A stretch of 64,000 nucleotides of DNA, from the NCBI GenBank assembly GCA_043825775.1, contig JBDRRK010000012.1, forward strand, positions 1,237 to 65,236. Direction: 5' to 3'. This document shows, piece after piece, positions 39,543 to 48,323 of this stretch. The position numbers were made by a program, and so were the translations under genes. Source of the stretch: an archaeon (GTDB lineage: Archaea > Nanobdellota > Nanobdellia > SCGC-AAA011-G17 > GW2011-AR17). The number at the start of each line of letters is the position of its first letter. Position 1 is the first letter of the stretch. Below the pieces are notes generated by a model that saw only the letters and a list, made by a program, of their open reading frames with translations, made no database searches and was not told the origin of the DNA.

Positions 39543-40669
39543 ATGAAAACTTGCAAAAACTTATATTCAAAACTATATTCAATAGACAACCTAAAATTAG
39601 CATTCACAAAAGCTAGAAAAGGAAAAACACTTAGACTAGAGGTAATCAAATTTGAAAAGAATCTTAATAGGGAATTACCTCAACTAAAGAATGAATTAAA
39701 GTTTTTAACTTATAAACCTAAACCTCTAGTAAACTTTATTATTAGGGATCCTAAAATCAGAAAAATAAGCAAATCTCATTTTAGAGATAGAGTTGTCCAT
39801 CATGCACTTTGCAACCTAATAACTCCCATCTTTGAAAAAACATTTATCTTGGATTCTTATGCAAATCAAATAGATAAAGGAACATTAGCTGCTATTCAAA
39901 GATTTGATTATTTCAAGAGAAAAGTAACCAAAAACAATACAAAAAATGCTTATGTTTTCAAGGCAGACATAAGAAAATATTTTGAATCGATAAATCATGA
40001 GATTCTAACAAACACTATAAAAAAGAAAATAAAAGATAGAAGAATAATCTGGTTAATACAAATCATCCTCAACAATTCAACTGGGGGGGGGGCGAACAGA
40101 AAAAGGGCAACATAAATCAAAGATTTCTTTCCTCATATATTCAGAAGGGAATGCCTTTGGGAAACTTAACATCCCAATTCTTTGCAAACCTTTATCTCAA
40201 TGAATTGGATTATTTTGTAAAACGCAAACTAAAAATAAAATATTACATTCGTTATGTTGATGATTTCATAATCTTTCACAATTCAAAAGAAAAACTTGAA
40301 TTTTACAAGGAAGAGATAGGTTCTTTTCTAACGAGTAAATTAGATATAGAATTACATCCAGATAAATCAAGAATATTTCCTATTCACCGAGGAACAAACT
40401 TTCTTGGATTTAAAATATTCCCTTATCATAGGATTATAAAAAACCAAAATCTAAGGAGATTTAAAGGTAAATTAAAACAACTTGAAAAACAATACAGACA
40501 AGGGGGTATAAGTTATGATGAACTATATGATTCCTTGGAAGGCTGGCTTGCTTATGCTAAAAATGCTAATACTTACAAATTGAGAAAGGAGATTTTAGAA
40601 CAAGTAGAAACTCTGTTTTCGAAAGAGGTTTCAAGTAAAGAGATAAATAGATATCAAAAATATAACTAA
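39543..40669 (+). CDS. DGR reverse transcriptase, split into two frames (stop at 40113-40115; continues in the -1 frame)
   Basis: MKTCKNLY, FRDRVVHHAL, KADIRKYFESI, then KGMPLGNLTSQFFANLYLNELD, YIRYVDDF, FLGF. Confidence 0.92.
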
Positions 40670-40821
40670 ACCCGGCCCAAATACCCTAATCTAATTAAAT
40701 CAGAAACACTTGTATTCATCTTCTCAGAAGCTGTTTTGAGCTTTATATACTCATTTTTAGAAATTTTAATAGAAAGAACCCTTGTTTTAGTAAAATATCT
40801 CTTTGAATTGATTATCTCCAT
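40666..40821 (-). CDS. RHH (CopG/MobC-like) protein, 51 aa; not in the ORF track
   Basis: KTRVLSIKISKNEYIKLKTASEKMNTSVSDLIR. Confidence 0.65.
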   Translation of the reverse strand: MEIINSKRYFTKTRVLSIKISKNEYIKLKTASEKMNTSVSDLIRLGYLGRV

Positions 40822-40937
40822 TCCTGCCTCTCTTTTAATCTTTGAACCCTTCTATCAGTATTTTCAATTATCAAATCAATCTCTTTCCACATCTCTTTTC
40901 TTAATTTCAATAGTTCCTTTTGAAATTCTTCTTCCAT
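40812..40937 (-). CDS. Small coiled-coil protein, 41 aa
   Basis: ATG 40937; overlaps the RHH start. Confidence 0.45.
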   Translation of the reverse strand: MEEEFQKELLKLRKEMWKEIDLIIENTDRRVQRLKERQEWR

Positions 40938-41064
40938 AATACAATAATGGATTTCAATCCTTAAAAAAGATAGAGTGGAAAAAAATATAGCAAAAAATAT
41001 AGCAAAAAAATGTACAAAAAAATTCACTCGTCAATTTAAATACCCTCATTCCGCTAAGTAGATA

Positions 41065-42384
41065 ATGGCTAAAAATAATGATTCTTTGGATGTTACTGCA
41101 GTTATAATAATTCTTGTTGGGATAATAAGTGTTTGTTATATTTGGTGGGAAAGGAATGGACAAGAAATAGAAGCGTCATTTCTCGCAATTCCATGGGTAA
41201 AGATAGGCATAATTATCTTACTTACTCTTATTTCAATATTTATTGTCTATAAAACAATAAAGTACATAGAAAAGAGAAAAAAAGAAAAACAAAGAACAGA
41301 AGAAAGAATAGAAAACGAAAAAAATACCCTTCTTTCCCTACTAAATACAGATTTTCAAGGAAATTCTAGAGAAATAGAAGAACAATACAAAAAAATAAAT
41401 AAAAGAATCAAAGAAATAAATAAAAACATTAGAAATCAATACCAAAAAGAGATAAAATCATTACATAAGAAAACAAAGAATTTAATCCAAACTATAGAAC
41501 AACAAGAATATATAAGATATGAAAGACAATTAGAACAAGAAAGAGAAGAAGAACTAAAAAGAAAAAGACATAAAAATAAAGTAAAAGAATTATTTGAATA
41601 CAAGAAAAAATTAAATTCAATAAGGGCACTACCCTTAAACAAAAAATACTCTTCTGATGTTATTAATGAAGCTACAAAATTAATGAAATACTATGAACAT
41701 AAACAAGGACAACTAAATGAAACAAGAGAAAATGCAATAGAATATTACAAAACACATCCATTGGACACACAACCAGAGATTAGGGAAAATGAAGAAAAAT
41801 TATACAAAGAAGTAAGAGACCAAATAAAACAAGGGAAAATAGAACTAAAGAAAAAACCAAAAATAGAATATCAAGGTAAAAAACTGGAAAAGGATTTTTA
41901 CCTGTCAAAGGATTTAAATGAAGAGACAAAAGCAAAAGCTAGAGCTCAGGGATTTGTACAAGTTGATGGAATAAAACTTGATGGAAAGATACAGGGTGGT
42001 GGTTATTATATAAGAAAGGAAAATCCAAGAGAGAGTAAAAAACACTTCTACTTAAAACACTTATTTGCTAAACTACATGAAAATACACAATTAGAATATC
42101 AGGTTAAAGGCAAAAGGGTAGATGTAGTATTATTGATAGAAGATTACAAGTTAGGGATAGAAATAGAAACTGGAGCCAATAGAGAAAAACAATTAATGGA
42201 GAAGATTTCTTGGTTAAACAAGAATTTTGATCAATGGATTTTTGTCTGTCCAAAAGAGTTGCATGGGAAATATAATAAATTAGTAAATCCTAAGAAAAGC
42301 TTTTGTTTGGGGATTAAGGAAGCAAAGGAATTCATCTTGGAGTTGACTTTACCTGTTGAAGATCTGCAAAGAACAGGTAAATAG
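41065..42384 (+). CDS. Membrane-anchored coiled-coil protein with C-terminal PD-(D/E)XK-like domain
   Basis: Two N-terminal TM helices, K/E-rich stalk, EYQV...RVDVV...GIEIETG. Confidence 0.7.
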   Translation: MAKNNDSLDVTAVIIILVGIISVCYIWWERNGQEIEASFLAIPWVKIGIIILLTLISIFIVYKTIKYIEKRKKEKQRTEERIENEKNTLLSLLNTDFQGNSREIEEQYKKINKRIKEINKNIRNQYQKEIKSLHKKTKNLIQTIEQQEYIRYERQLEQEREEELKRKRHKNKVKELFEYKKKLNSIRALPLNKKYSSDVINEATKLMKYYEHKQGQLNETRENAIEYYKTHPLDTQPEIRENEEKLYKEVRDQIKQGKIELKKKPKIEYQGKKLEKDFYLSKDLNEETKAKARAQGFVQVDGIKLDGKIQGGGYYIRKENPRESKKHFYLKHLFAKLHENTQLEYQVKGKRVDVVLLIEDYKLGIEIETGANREKQLMEKISWLNKNFDQWIFVCPKELHGKYNKLVNPKKSFCLGIKEAKEFILELTLPVEDLQRTGK

Positions 42385-42479
42385 GCTTAATGCATTAAAA
42401 TTTAGCTATTTCAAGGCTTTTTGGTCTTGCATTAAATAGATACTTTACAGGTAAATATCTACTATATATTAAAAGACAA

Positions 42480-43532
42480 TTAGTATTTATCCAGAATCTT
42501 ATTAAGGAATTTTATAAATTCTTTAGTATCTAAAAAGTAATTAGGATAAGCTTTCTTCAAATCAGCAGTAGTATCAGCACCAACAAGAACAACATCATAT
42601 TCTTTTTTACCATAAATTCTTTTTTCAGCTTTAGCATAATCGTCAAGTGCTTTCTCTTCTTGTCTTTTTGAATAAGAAGTAATGACTAACTTTTCTTGAA
42701 TTGTATCTAATTCAAGTAAGAAAAAATGTACATTTTTTTTACTCTTTAAATCATCAAAAAACTTAATTGATTTAGCCCAACCTACCATCTTAGTTCTAAC
42801 ATTTAATTTTTTTTCTTTTTCCTTGATCAATAAATAAAGTTCTTTTTCATTTGAGGGAGTATTAGGAACTTGAGGACAATTTTCTAATCTTGCAAATGCT
42901 GAACTAACCAATTTAAAGAATTCTTTCCATTCTTCTTCTCCTTCATTTGATTTAATCGCTTGACCAGTAAAAAAATCAACTGTTTCAACTGCTGTAGCCC
43001 AAATATGTTGTAATCTAGATCTAATTTGTACTTCAATTAATAATCCATTATAGATTTTTCTTTTTTCTTTATCACTATTGTATCTATAAATTAAATGTAT
43101 GCTTCTATACCCATCTTCCTTTGGATAGGTAATATAATCCTTTTCATTTACTTTTTTATGTTTTAAGGTTCCATTTGAATAGTAGTCTTGATAGAGCTTC
43201 TTTGCCAATTCAACATCTGTCATAACAGCCCTACATCCTGCAATATCTTGCATTTGAGTTAATTTCATTGTAGCTTTTTTTCCATCATATTTCCTATGCA
43301 ATTTTTTTAAGATAGAAGATACTCTCTTTAGTCTCTGTGCAGATAATGAACTTGGATCTATCTTTTCAGAAGATCTCTTTAACCTTTGCTTAAAAACATG
43401 CATAGGGTAGCTATGGGCCGCTCTCCAATTACTTAAAACCCCTAAAGCTTTGGAACTTTCCTTTTTTGTTAAAATAACTCCTGCAGCATCAGTTTCAGAT
43501 TTGGAGTATTTTTTAGGGTTTATTTGTTTCAT
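42480..43532 (-). CDS. RelA/SpoT synthetase-domain protein, fused CapRel-like
   Basis: QRLKRVSSILKKL, MQDIAGCR, GYRSIH, EVQIRSRLQHIWA, C-terminal AYPNYFLDT. Confidence 0.85.
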   Translation of the reverse strand: MKQINPKKYSKSETDAAGVILTKKESSKALGVLSNWRAAHSYPMHVFKQRLKRSSEKIDPSSLSAQRLKRVSSILKKLHRKYDGKKATMKLTQMQDIAGCRAVMTDVELAKKLYQDYYSNGTLKHKKVNEKDYITYPKEDGYRSIHLIYRYNSDKEKRKIYNGLLIEVQIRSRLQHIWATAVETVDFFTGQAIKSNEGEEEWKEFFKLVSSAFARLENCPQVPNTPSNEKELYLLIKEKEKKLNVRTKMVGWAKSIKFFDDLKSKKNVHFFLLELDTIQEKLVITSYSKRQEEKALDDYAKAEKRIYGKKEYDVVLVGADTTADLKKAYPNYFLDTKEFIKFLNKILDKY

Positions 43533-43762
43533 TAGGCTTTAATAAACCATTATTATATATAAATCTTTCCTAATGCGCAACAAAATATTATAATAAATGT
43601 CATTTTGCGCTATTTTAAAAGGCTTAAATTATCCTTTAAAATGAAAAATAAGGCTATTTTAACCTTTTTTTAAAAATACCATTTTTTATGTGTCATTTTG
43701 CGCAGTATTAAAAATAAAAATTTATCTATTGCGCTATTTAAAAAGTACCAATTCTTAAGTGG

Positions 43763-43810
43763 CAAAGCACTGCCCAAAGCACTGCCTGAAGCAGTGCTTA
43801 AAGCACAGCC
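43763..43810 (+). repeat. Four tandem imperfect 12-bp repeats
   Basis: CAAAGCACTGCC CAAAGCACTGCC TGAAGCAGTGCT TAAAGCACAGCC. Confidence 0.8.
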
Positions 43811-43845
43811 CAAATGTTAAATGTTCCCAAATCTTATACTATTAT

Positions 43846-44100
43846 ATGAACCAGATACAAAGATCGGGGGAAAAGACAATTCAGGGAAGATTGTCCTATA
43901 GTGAAAGTTCTCAAGGTTGGTCAATATTAAGACTGAAAAAGGAAGTTCTAAATGAATTCAAGACACTTAAGGAAAAGAGAAATCCATCTGGTTACAAGCT
44001 TGTTTTGTTTGACAATTATGAACAGGCAGAATCTCATTTGAAGAAGATAAAAGAGACTTGTATGGAACCCCCTGTTTTTCTGGTATTTGAGAGATTGTAA
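43846..44100 (+). CDS. Hypothetical protein, possibly AbrB-like DNA-binding
   Basis: ATG 43846; GRLSYSESSQGWSILRLKKEVL. Confidence 0.5.
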   Translation: MNQIQRSGEKTIQGRLSYSESSQGWSILRLKKEVLNEFKTLKEKRNPSGYKLVLFDNYEQAESHLKKIKETCMEPPVFLVFERL

Positions 44101-44140
44101 TTCAATAATTCTTTTAAAGATATTTTTGTTTTTTTAAGGT

Positions 44141-44623
44141 ATGTTAGAATTATCTAAGGAAATTGGAAGGAAGATAGAAATAACAATTACCCTAGCAATA
44201 TTTCTCATTGTAGTGATAAAAGCCTTTCTAGATCAATTTGCTCCAAATAATGCTAATATAATTTCTCTAAAATTTTCAATGGTGGTAGGAGTGTATATTG
44301 GAATATACTTTATCTATCATTTAGTAAAAAACAAAATTCCATCGATAAACAAATCTATGATATGGGCAAATAGATTGCTGACCATTAATTTTTTGGTAAT
44401 TATGTTATTAGTATTCTATATTCCTAGCATGGATTCAATAGAAAAAATTCCTGCAATAATTTTATTCCTTTTACCTTATTTTTTTGTAGTACTACTTTGG
44501 TCTTCAATATTAATCCCAACAATTGTATTCTTTATATTTGCTTCAAAATTAGGAAGAGAAATTAAAAAGAAATTAAAATTTAGAAAAATAGCAAATAGCA
44601 ACTCCGAGTTGGAAAAAGATTAA
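44141..44623 (+). CDS. Four-TM membrane protein
   Basis: Hydrophobicity pattern. Confidence 0.65.
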   Translation: MLELSKEIGRKIEITITLAIFLIVVIKAFLDQFAPNNANIISLKFSMVVGVYIGIYFIYHLVKNKIPSINKSMIWANRLLTINFLVIMLLVFYIPSMDSIEKIPAIILFLLPYFFVVLLWSSILIPTIVFFIFASKLGREIKKKLKFRKIANSNSELEKD

Positions 44624-45040
44624 AATAAAAGTAATTATAGACCATTTCTGAGTATTTGAAGCTTGATCTTGACATTCTTGCAATTTAGAAAAAACTAATT
44701 CATCATATGATTCCCACCCTTCAAGAAATAATTCATATTTATCTTTATAATATCTTGATTCGTCTGCCCAAAAATCAGTTGTTCCAGAATCATTACTCAA
44801 AATACCTACTGCTACAGCATTTTTTGCCCATGTTTCTTCAAATAGAGTATATTGTTCATCTACAAAAGCCTGAGTTTTATTCAAAAGAAGTCTATTCGCT
44901 TGATTATTGCAAGACGTTTCTTTTAATGAAGAACAAAAAGAGAATGCAACAGATAAGGCTATCAAAGCTGAAAGTAGCATAAAAGAAGCATTCAATAAAC
45001 CTTTGTTGTGCTCCTTGATAAATTTAGTAATTATTCCCAT
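44573..45040 (-). CDS. Two-TM membrane protein
   Basis: N- and C-terminal TM helices around a helical loop. Confidence 0.6.
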   Translation of the reverse strand: MGIITKFIKEHNKGLLNASFMLLSALIALSVAFSFCSSLKETSCNNQANRLLLNKTQAFVDEQYTLFEETWAKNAVAVGILSNDSGTTDFWADESRYYKDKYELFLEGWESYDELVFSKLQECQDQASNTQKWSIITFILIFFQLGVAICYFSKF

Positions 45041-45086
45041 AAACTAATAATAGTACAAGATTATTTAATATTTGCTAAAAAAAGGA

Positions 45087-45728
45087 TTAAGAAATATTTA
45101 ATTTGGAATCACAATACAATTTTGTCTTAGTACATATTTCTTGATATAATTCATCAATATAACATGCAAAATTTCCTGATTTACAAACAAGAGCAGGAGG
45201 ATTTTTGTTTAATAAGTCAAGTAATTTATTACTTGCTTCTACATTTGTTTCATACTTTATCGAATCAATATAATATTCATTATTATTAACTTGCCAAAAT
45301 AATTTAATCCAAATCTTTTTTTCATAAACACCAGTTTCAGTTAAAGCTACAAACTTCTTTCCTTCTAAATCTTTTGCATTTTTCCAAGGAGCATAGTTTA
45401 TTAAACCAGCTTTACTCCCATGTGCAAGCTTACTCCTAACAATATATATTGGATGATTCCTTTCTTTCAAAAATTTATCATCTACTATTTCTAATATGGA
45501 ATATGTAAATATTATAAATGAATAGATCATAGAACTTCGAATAGTTATTTCGGATTTAATGTCCTTACCTAAGTCATTATGAGAAATAAGAACTTGAACA
45601 ATATTTTCAATATTATTTAAAAAGAAGTTTATGCAATAAATTTTTTTTAAATTATCATCATGCAAGTTATCAATTTTTTTTAGATATTCTTTAAAAAGAG
45701 GTTTCCATTCACAATACTCGTCACTCAT
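45087..45728 (-). CDS. Hypothetical protein with a HEPN-like Rx4H motif
   Basis: FTYSILE...IVRSKLAHG. Confidence 0.55.
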   Translation of the reverse strand: MSDEYCEWKPLFKEYLKKIDNLHDDNLKKIYCINFFLNNIENIVQVLISHNDLGKDIKSEITIRSSMIYSFIIFTYSILEIVDDKFLKERNHPIYIVRSKLAHGSKAGLINYAPWKNAKDLEGKKFVALTETGVYEKKIWIKLFWQVNNNEYYIDSIKYETNVEASNKLLDLLNKNPPALVCKSGNFACYIDELYQEICTKTKLYCDSKLNIS

Positions 45729-45862
45729 AAGTTTAAATTATATGAGTTATTTATAAAATTTATTATACAGAAGACCTTATAAACTTCAAAATCTTGTCTA
45801 AAAATAACAAAAAATTTATGTTAAGAACTCATAAATTAGAGAGCTTCAACAGGCGCTAGGCA

Positions 45863-45875
45863 CCCAGCCTCGGCG
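45863..45875 (+). repeat. attR core CCCAGCCTCGGCG
   Basis: Exact copy of the tRNA-Ser 3' end. Confidence 0.85.
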
Positions 45876-45877
45876 TT

Positions 45878-47179
45878 TTATAATCCTAGAATTTTATTTA
45901 TTACCTGTTGTTTTAATTCAGGTGGATCTGTTTCTATTTGAGCTGCATATACTAAAAAGTTTAAGAAATTAATATTGTCTGCATTGTTTAGTATTTCTAG
46001 AGCCATTCCTAGAGGAATTATTATTGATACTTCACCTTCATATAATCCTTCTTCAACTTTTACTATTTTTCCATTTTCTAAGTCTGCTTTTATGTTGAAG
46101 TTTTCATCATCTTTGATTATTAGATTTACTTTATCATAATCACTTAGTATATATGTGAAGAAATCGTTGGAATTAATGAACCATACAATCATTTCTGGAT
46201 TTTCTACTTCCCATTCTTCTGGTAGATTTAAGTTTACTACTTCATCTTCAATTATTTCTATTTCTTCTTCTTTTTCTTGAGTTATTTCTTCTTGAATTTC
46301 TTCTTCTACTTCAGGTTCATATATCTTAGCACAATCAATTGATTCTATAATTGTGTCTGCTGTATCTTCGTCAAACATTGATTCAACACAAGTATAAGAA
46401 GCAGTGTAGGTTTTATAATTACAATAATTAAAACCTGCTTTTGATTTTAGTAAAATATCATTGTAATAACTAGTGTATTCAAGAGTTGTATCATCGATTT
46501 TTGTTATAGAACAATCTTCACAATTGTCCATTGTTGTGTACATCCAGTTGTAAACATCATCTAATTTTGAGTTTGTTTCACTAATATAAACATTACAGTA
46601 ATCTTGTTTTAGGATTATTGTATCCTGTTGTTTACTCTCTTCCCAATTGGGAGTTTGCATTGAGAAATCCTCATCATTGTAATTGTTAAATTTAATCTCT
46701 TCTTTTTTATTTGTGTCACATTGTGCTGATGTAAAGAATTGTGAGAATTTTTCTTCATCGTATAGAGTATGTTCACAGCTTAGGATTATGTTGTAAGCAT
46801 AATTATTGCAGGAGAATACCTTTACTTTGTTGTAGATTAGGTATGTTTCATATAAATTTGTGTATTCTATTTCTTTTTTTATTTCACTTTGTTTTATTAC
46901 TTCTATATTTTCATTTGCTAAGTATGTTAATAACCATTCATACATTAATTCATCATTTCCATCATATTTATTTACAGCTAAGTTGCATCCTTCAATAGGT
47001 ATTATAAACAATGTTTCATTAAAATCAAAGGTTCCTTCCGCATCTGGATGATCAATTGAAAAACCTAAATCATTTTCATAAATTGTCCAGGTCATCTCTT
47101 CTTTAATTGGTTCTTCTATTGGAATTTCAGTACACCCAACTATAAAAATTAATAATAAAAATAATAATAATCTTTTCAT
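45878..47179 (-). CDS. Acidic lipoprotein-like exported protein with two internal repeats
   Basis: IVGC lipobox; two similar Cys-containing modules. Confidence 0.7.
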   Translation of the reverse strand: MKRLLLFLLLIFIVGCTEIPIEEPIKEEMTWTIYENDLGFSIDHPDAEGTFDFNETLFIIPIEGCNLAVNKYDGNDELMYEWLLTYLANENIEVIKQSEIKKEIEYTNLYETYLIYNKVKVFSCNNYAYNIILSCEHTLYDEEKFSQFFTSAQCDTNKKEEIKFNNYNDEDFSMQTPNWEESKQQDTIILKQDYCNVYISETNSKLDDVYNWMYTTMDNCEDCSITKIDDTTLEYTSYYNDILLKSKAGFNYCNYKTYTASYTCVESMFDEDTADTIIESIDCAKIYEPEVEEEIQEEITQEKEEEIEIIEDEVVNLNLPEEWEVENPEMIVWFINSNDFFTYILSDYDKVNLIIKDDENFNIKADLENGKIVKVEEGLYEGEVSIIIPLGMALEILNNADNINFLNFLVYAAQIETDPPELKQQVINKILGL

Positions 47180-47220
47180 AAGATTTTATTAGGAGTTGTT
47201 ATTTAAATAATTTCCTTAAA

Positions 47221-47427
47221 TTATTTTAATCTATCATCTAAATCTTTTGATTTTTTCTTAGCTTCTGCTTCGAGATCAACACCCAATTCTTTTAGGGCTT
47301 TAATATGAGCATCTATTTGTTGTTGAACTACTTGTAATAATTTGTAGAATTCTTGTTGTTCAATTGCTAAGACGGATAGAGCACCTTTATGGATACCTAT
47401 TTGTTCTTGTTTTGTTGGGGTTGCCAT
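47221..47427 (-). CDS. Small hypothetical protein
   Basis: 68-aa helical ORF. Confidence 0.6.
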   Translation of the reverse strand: MATPTKQEQIGIHKGALSVLAIEQQEFYKLLQVVQQQIDAHIKALKELGVDLEAEAKKKSKDLDDRLK

Positions 47428-47479
47428 TATATATGATTTATTAGTAAGGTTTATAAATATTATGTAGAAAACTAAGATT

Positions 47480-47782
47480 ATGGGTTTAGAAGCACTATTG
47501 ATGAAAGTAGGAAAAGGATTAGATAAATTACTTTTACCTAAAGAGGAGAAAGATTATAATATTGTTCATAAAGGGTATAAGAGTTTAAGAGATATTCTTT
47601 ATAGTGTTGCTTCTGATGTTGATAGTGTTTATGATAAAGGTAAGAAATATGTTTATGAACCTGTTGTGAAACCACTGTATGAGAGAATTGTTAAACCAGT
47701 TGCTAAATTTGGTTGGGATTATAAACTGTATATTGGTTTAGGGTTATTGTGGCCTAGTATGTATTTAGGAGCGTTGTTTTAA
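47480..47782 (+). CDS. Hypothetical protein with C-terminal TM
   Basis: 100-aa ORF after TATA TTTATAAA. Confidence 0.55.
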   Translation: MGLEALLMKVGKGLDKLLLPKEEKDYNIVHKGYKSLRDILYSVASDVDSVYDKGKKYVYEPVVKPLYERIVKPVAKFGWDYKLYIGLGLLWPSMYLGALF

Positions 47783-47783
47783 A

Positions 47784-48011
47784 ATGGAGATAAGAGAATT
47801 TGTTGATGAAACTATAAATGAATGTGTTACTAAGGGAAGGACTATTGAGGAAGTTAATCCAGATACAACTCAATTTCTTATTACATCTTTGATTACTTAT
47901 CTTAATGATAGATTTGAAGAGAGTATGGCTTTAGAAAGAGAAAGTGATGTAAAATTGTATGCTTCATTTATTGATTATGCTTTTGGAAGATATCATTCTC
48001 AAAGAAATTAA
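47784..48011 (+). CDS. Hypothetical protein
   Basis: 75-aa ORF with GGAG SD. Confidence 0.55.
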   Translation: MEIREFVDETINECVTKGRTIEEVNPDTTQFLITSLITYLNDRFEESMALERESDVKLYASFIDYAFGRYHSQRN

Positions 48012-48013
48012 AT

Positions 48014-48250
48014 CTATAAGTAAGAATTATGTCCAAAATGGATTAATAGGTCTACATCTACATTTGGAATATCACAGGCTCCATAACAAGAATTTAAAGA
48101 GATGTAAATTTTAGCTTTAGTGTGAGGTTGTAATTGTTTTACTATTTCTGTTGCTTGTGGTTTTAGCCCATCAGCTAATTGTATTAGAATTGTTTTTGGT
48201 TTGGATTGTTTTATTTCCTTTATTGCTTTGTCTATTTCTAGGTTGTACAT
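48014..48250 (-). CDS. Diphthamide synthesis Dph2 N-terminal domain only (78 aa)
   Basis: IQLADGLK, SCYGACDI, DLLIHFGH. Confidence 0.8.
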   Translation of the reverse strand: MYNLEIDKAIKEIKQSKPKTILIQLADGLKPQATEIVKQLQPHTKAKIYISLNSCYGACDIPNVDVDLLIHFGHNSYL

Positions 48251-48323
48251 AGTAAATATTAATTAATTGGTCTTTTTATTAGTTTTGGTAAGGTTTATAA
48301 ATAAAAGCTTTTTTTATGTGACT

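Larger units (their letters stand above)
32869..45875. mobile_element. ~13 kb integrative element / genomic island carrying a DGR and defence-like cargo
   Basis: Integrase adjacent to tRNA; 13-bp GC-rich att direct repeat; A/C-rich plus strand in 39.5-42.4 kb unlike the flanks. Confidence 0.88.

Noticed and set aside
40095..40145. Alternative intron boundaries in RT (41, 45 or 47 nt)
   Set aside because: Weaker or mismatched central helices, or no frame restoration; only 40110-40135 is kept as a candidate
39543..40669. RT as group II intron, retron or CRISPR-associated RT
   Set aside because: No maturase/endonuclease domain or cas genes; LGNLTSQ motif and a TR/VR pair with A-only mismatches indicate a DGR
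43759..43845. KHC-repeat N-terminus of the 113-aa ORF
   Set aside because: Translation of the 12-bp DNA repeats from a GTG; ATG 43846 is the more plausible start
32869..45875. Island as a provirus
   Set aside because: No recognisable capsid, terminase, packaging ATPase or tail genes
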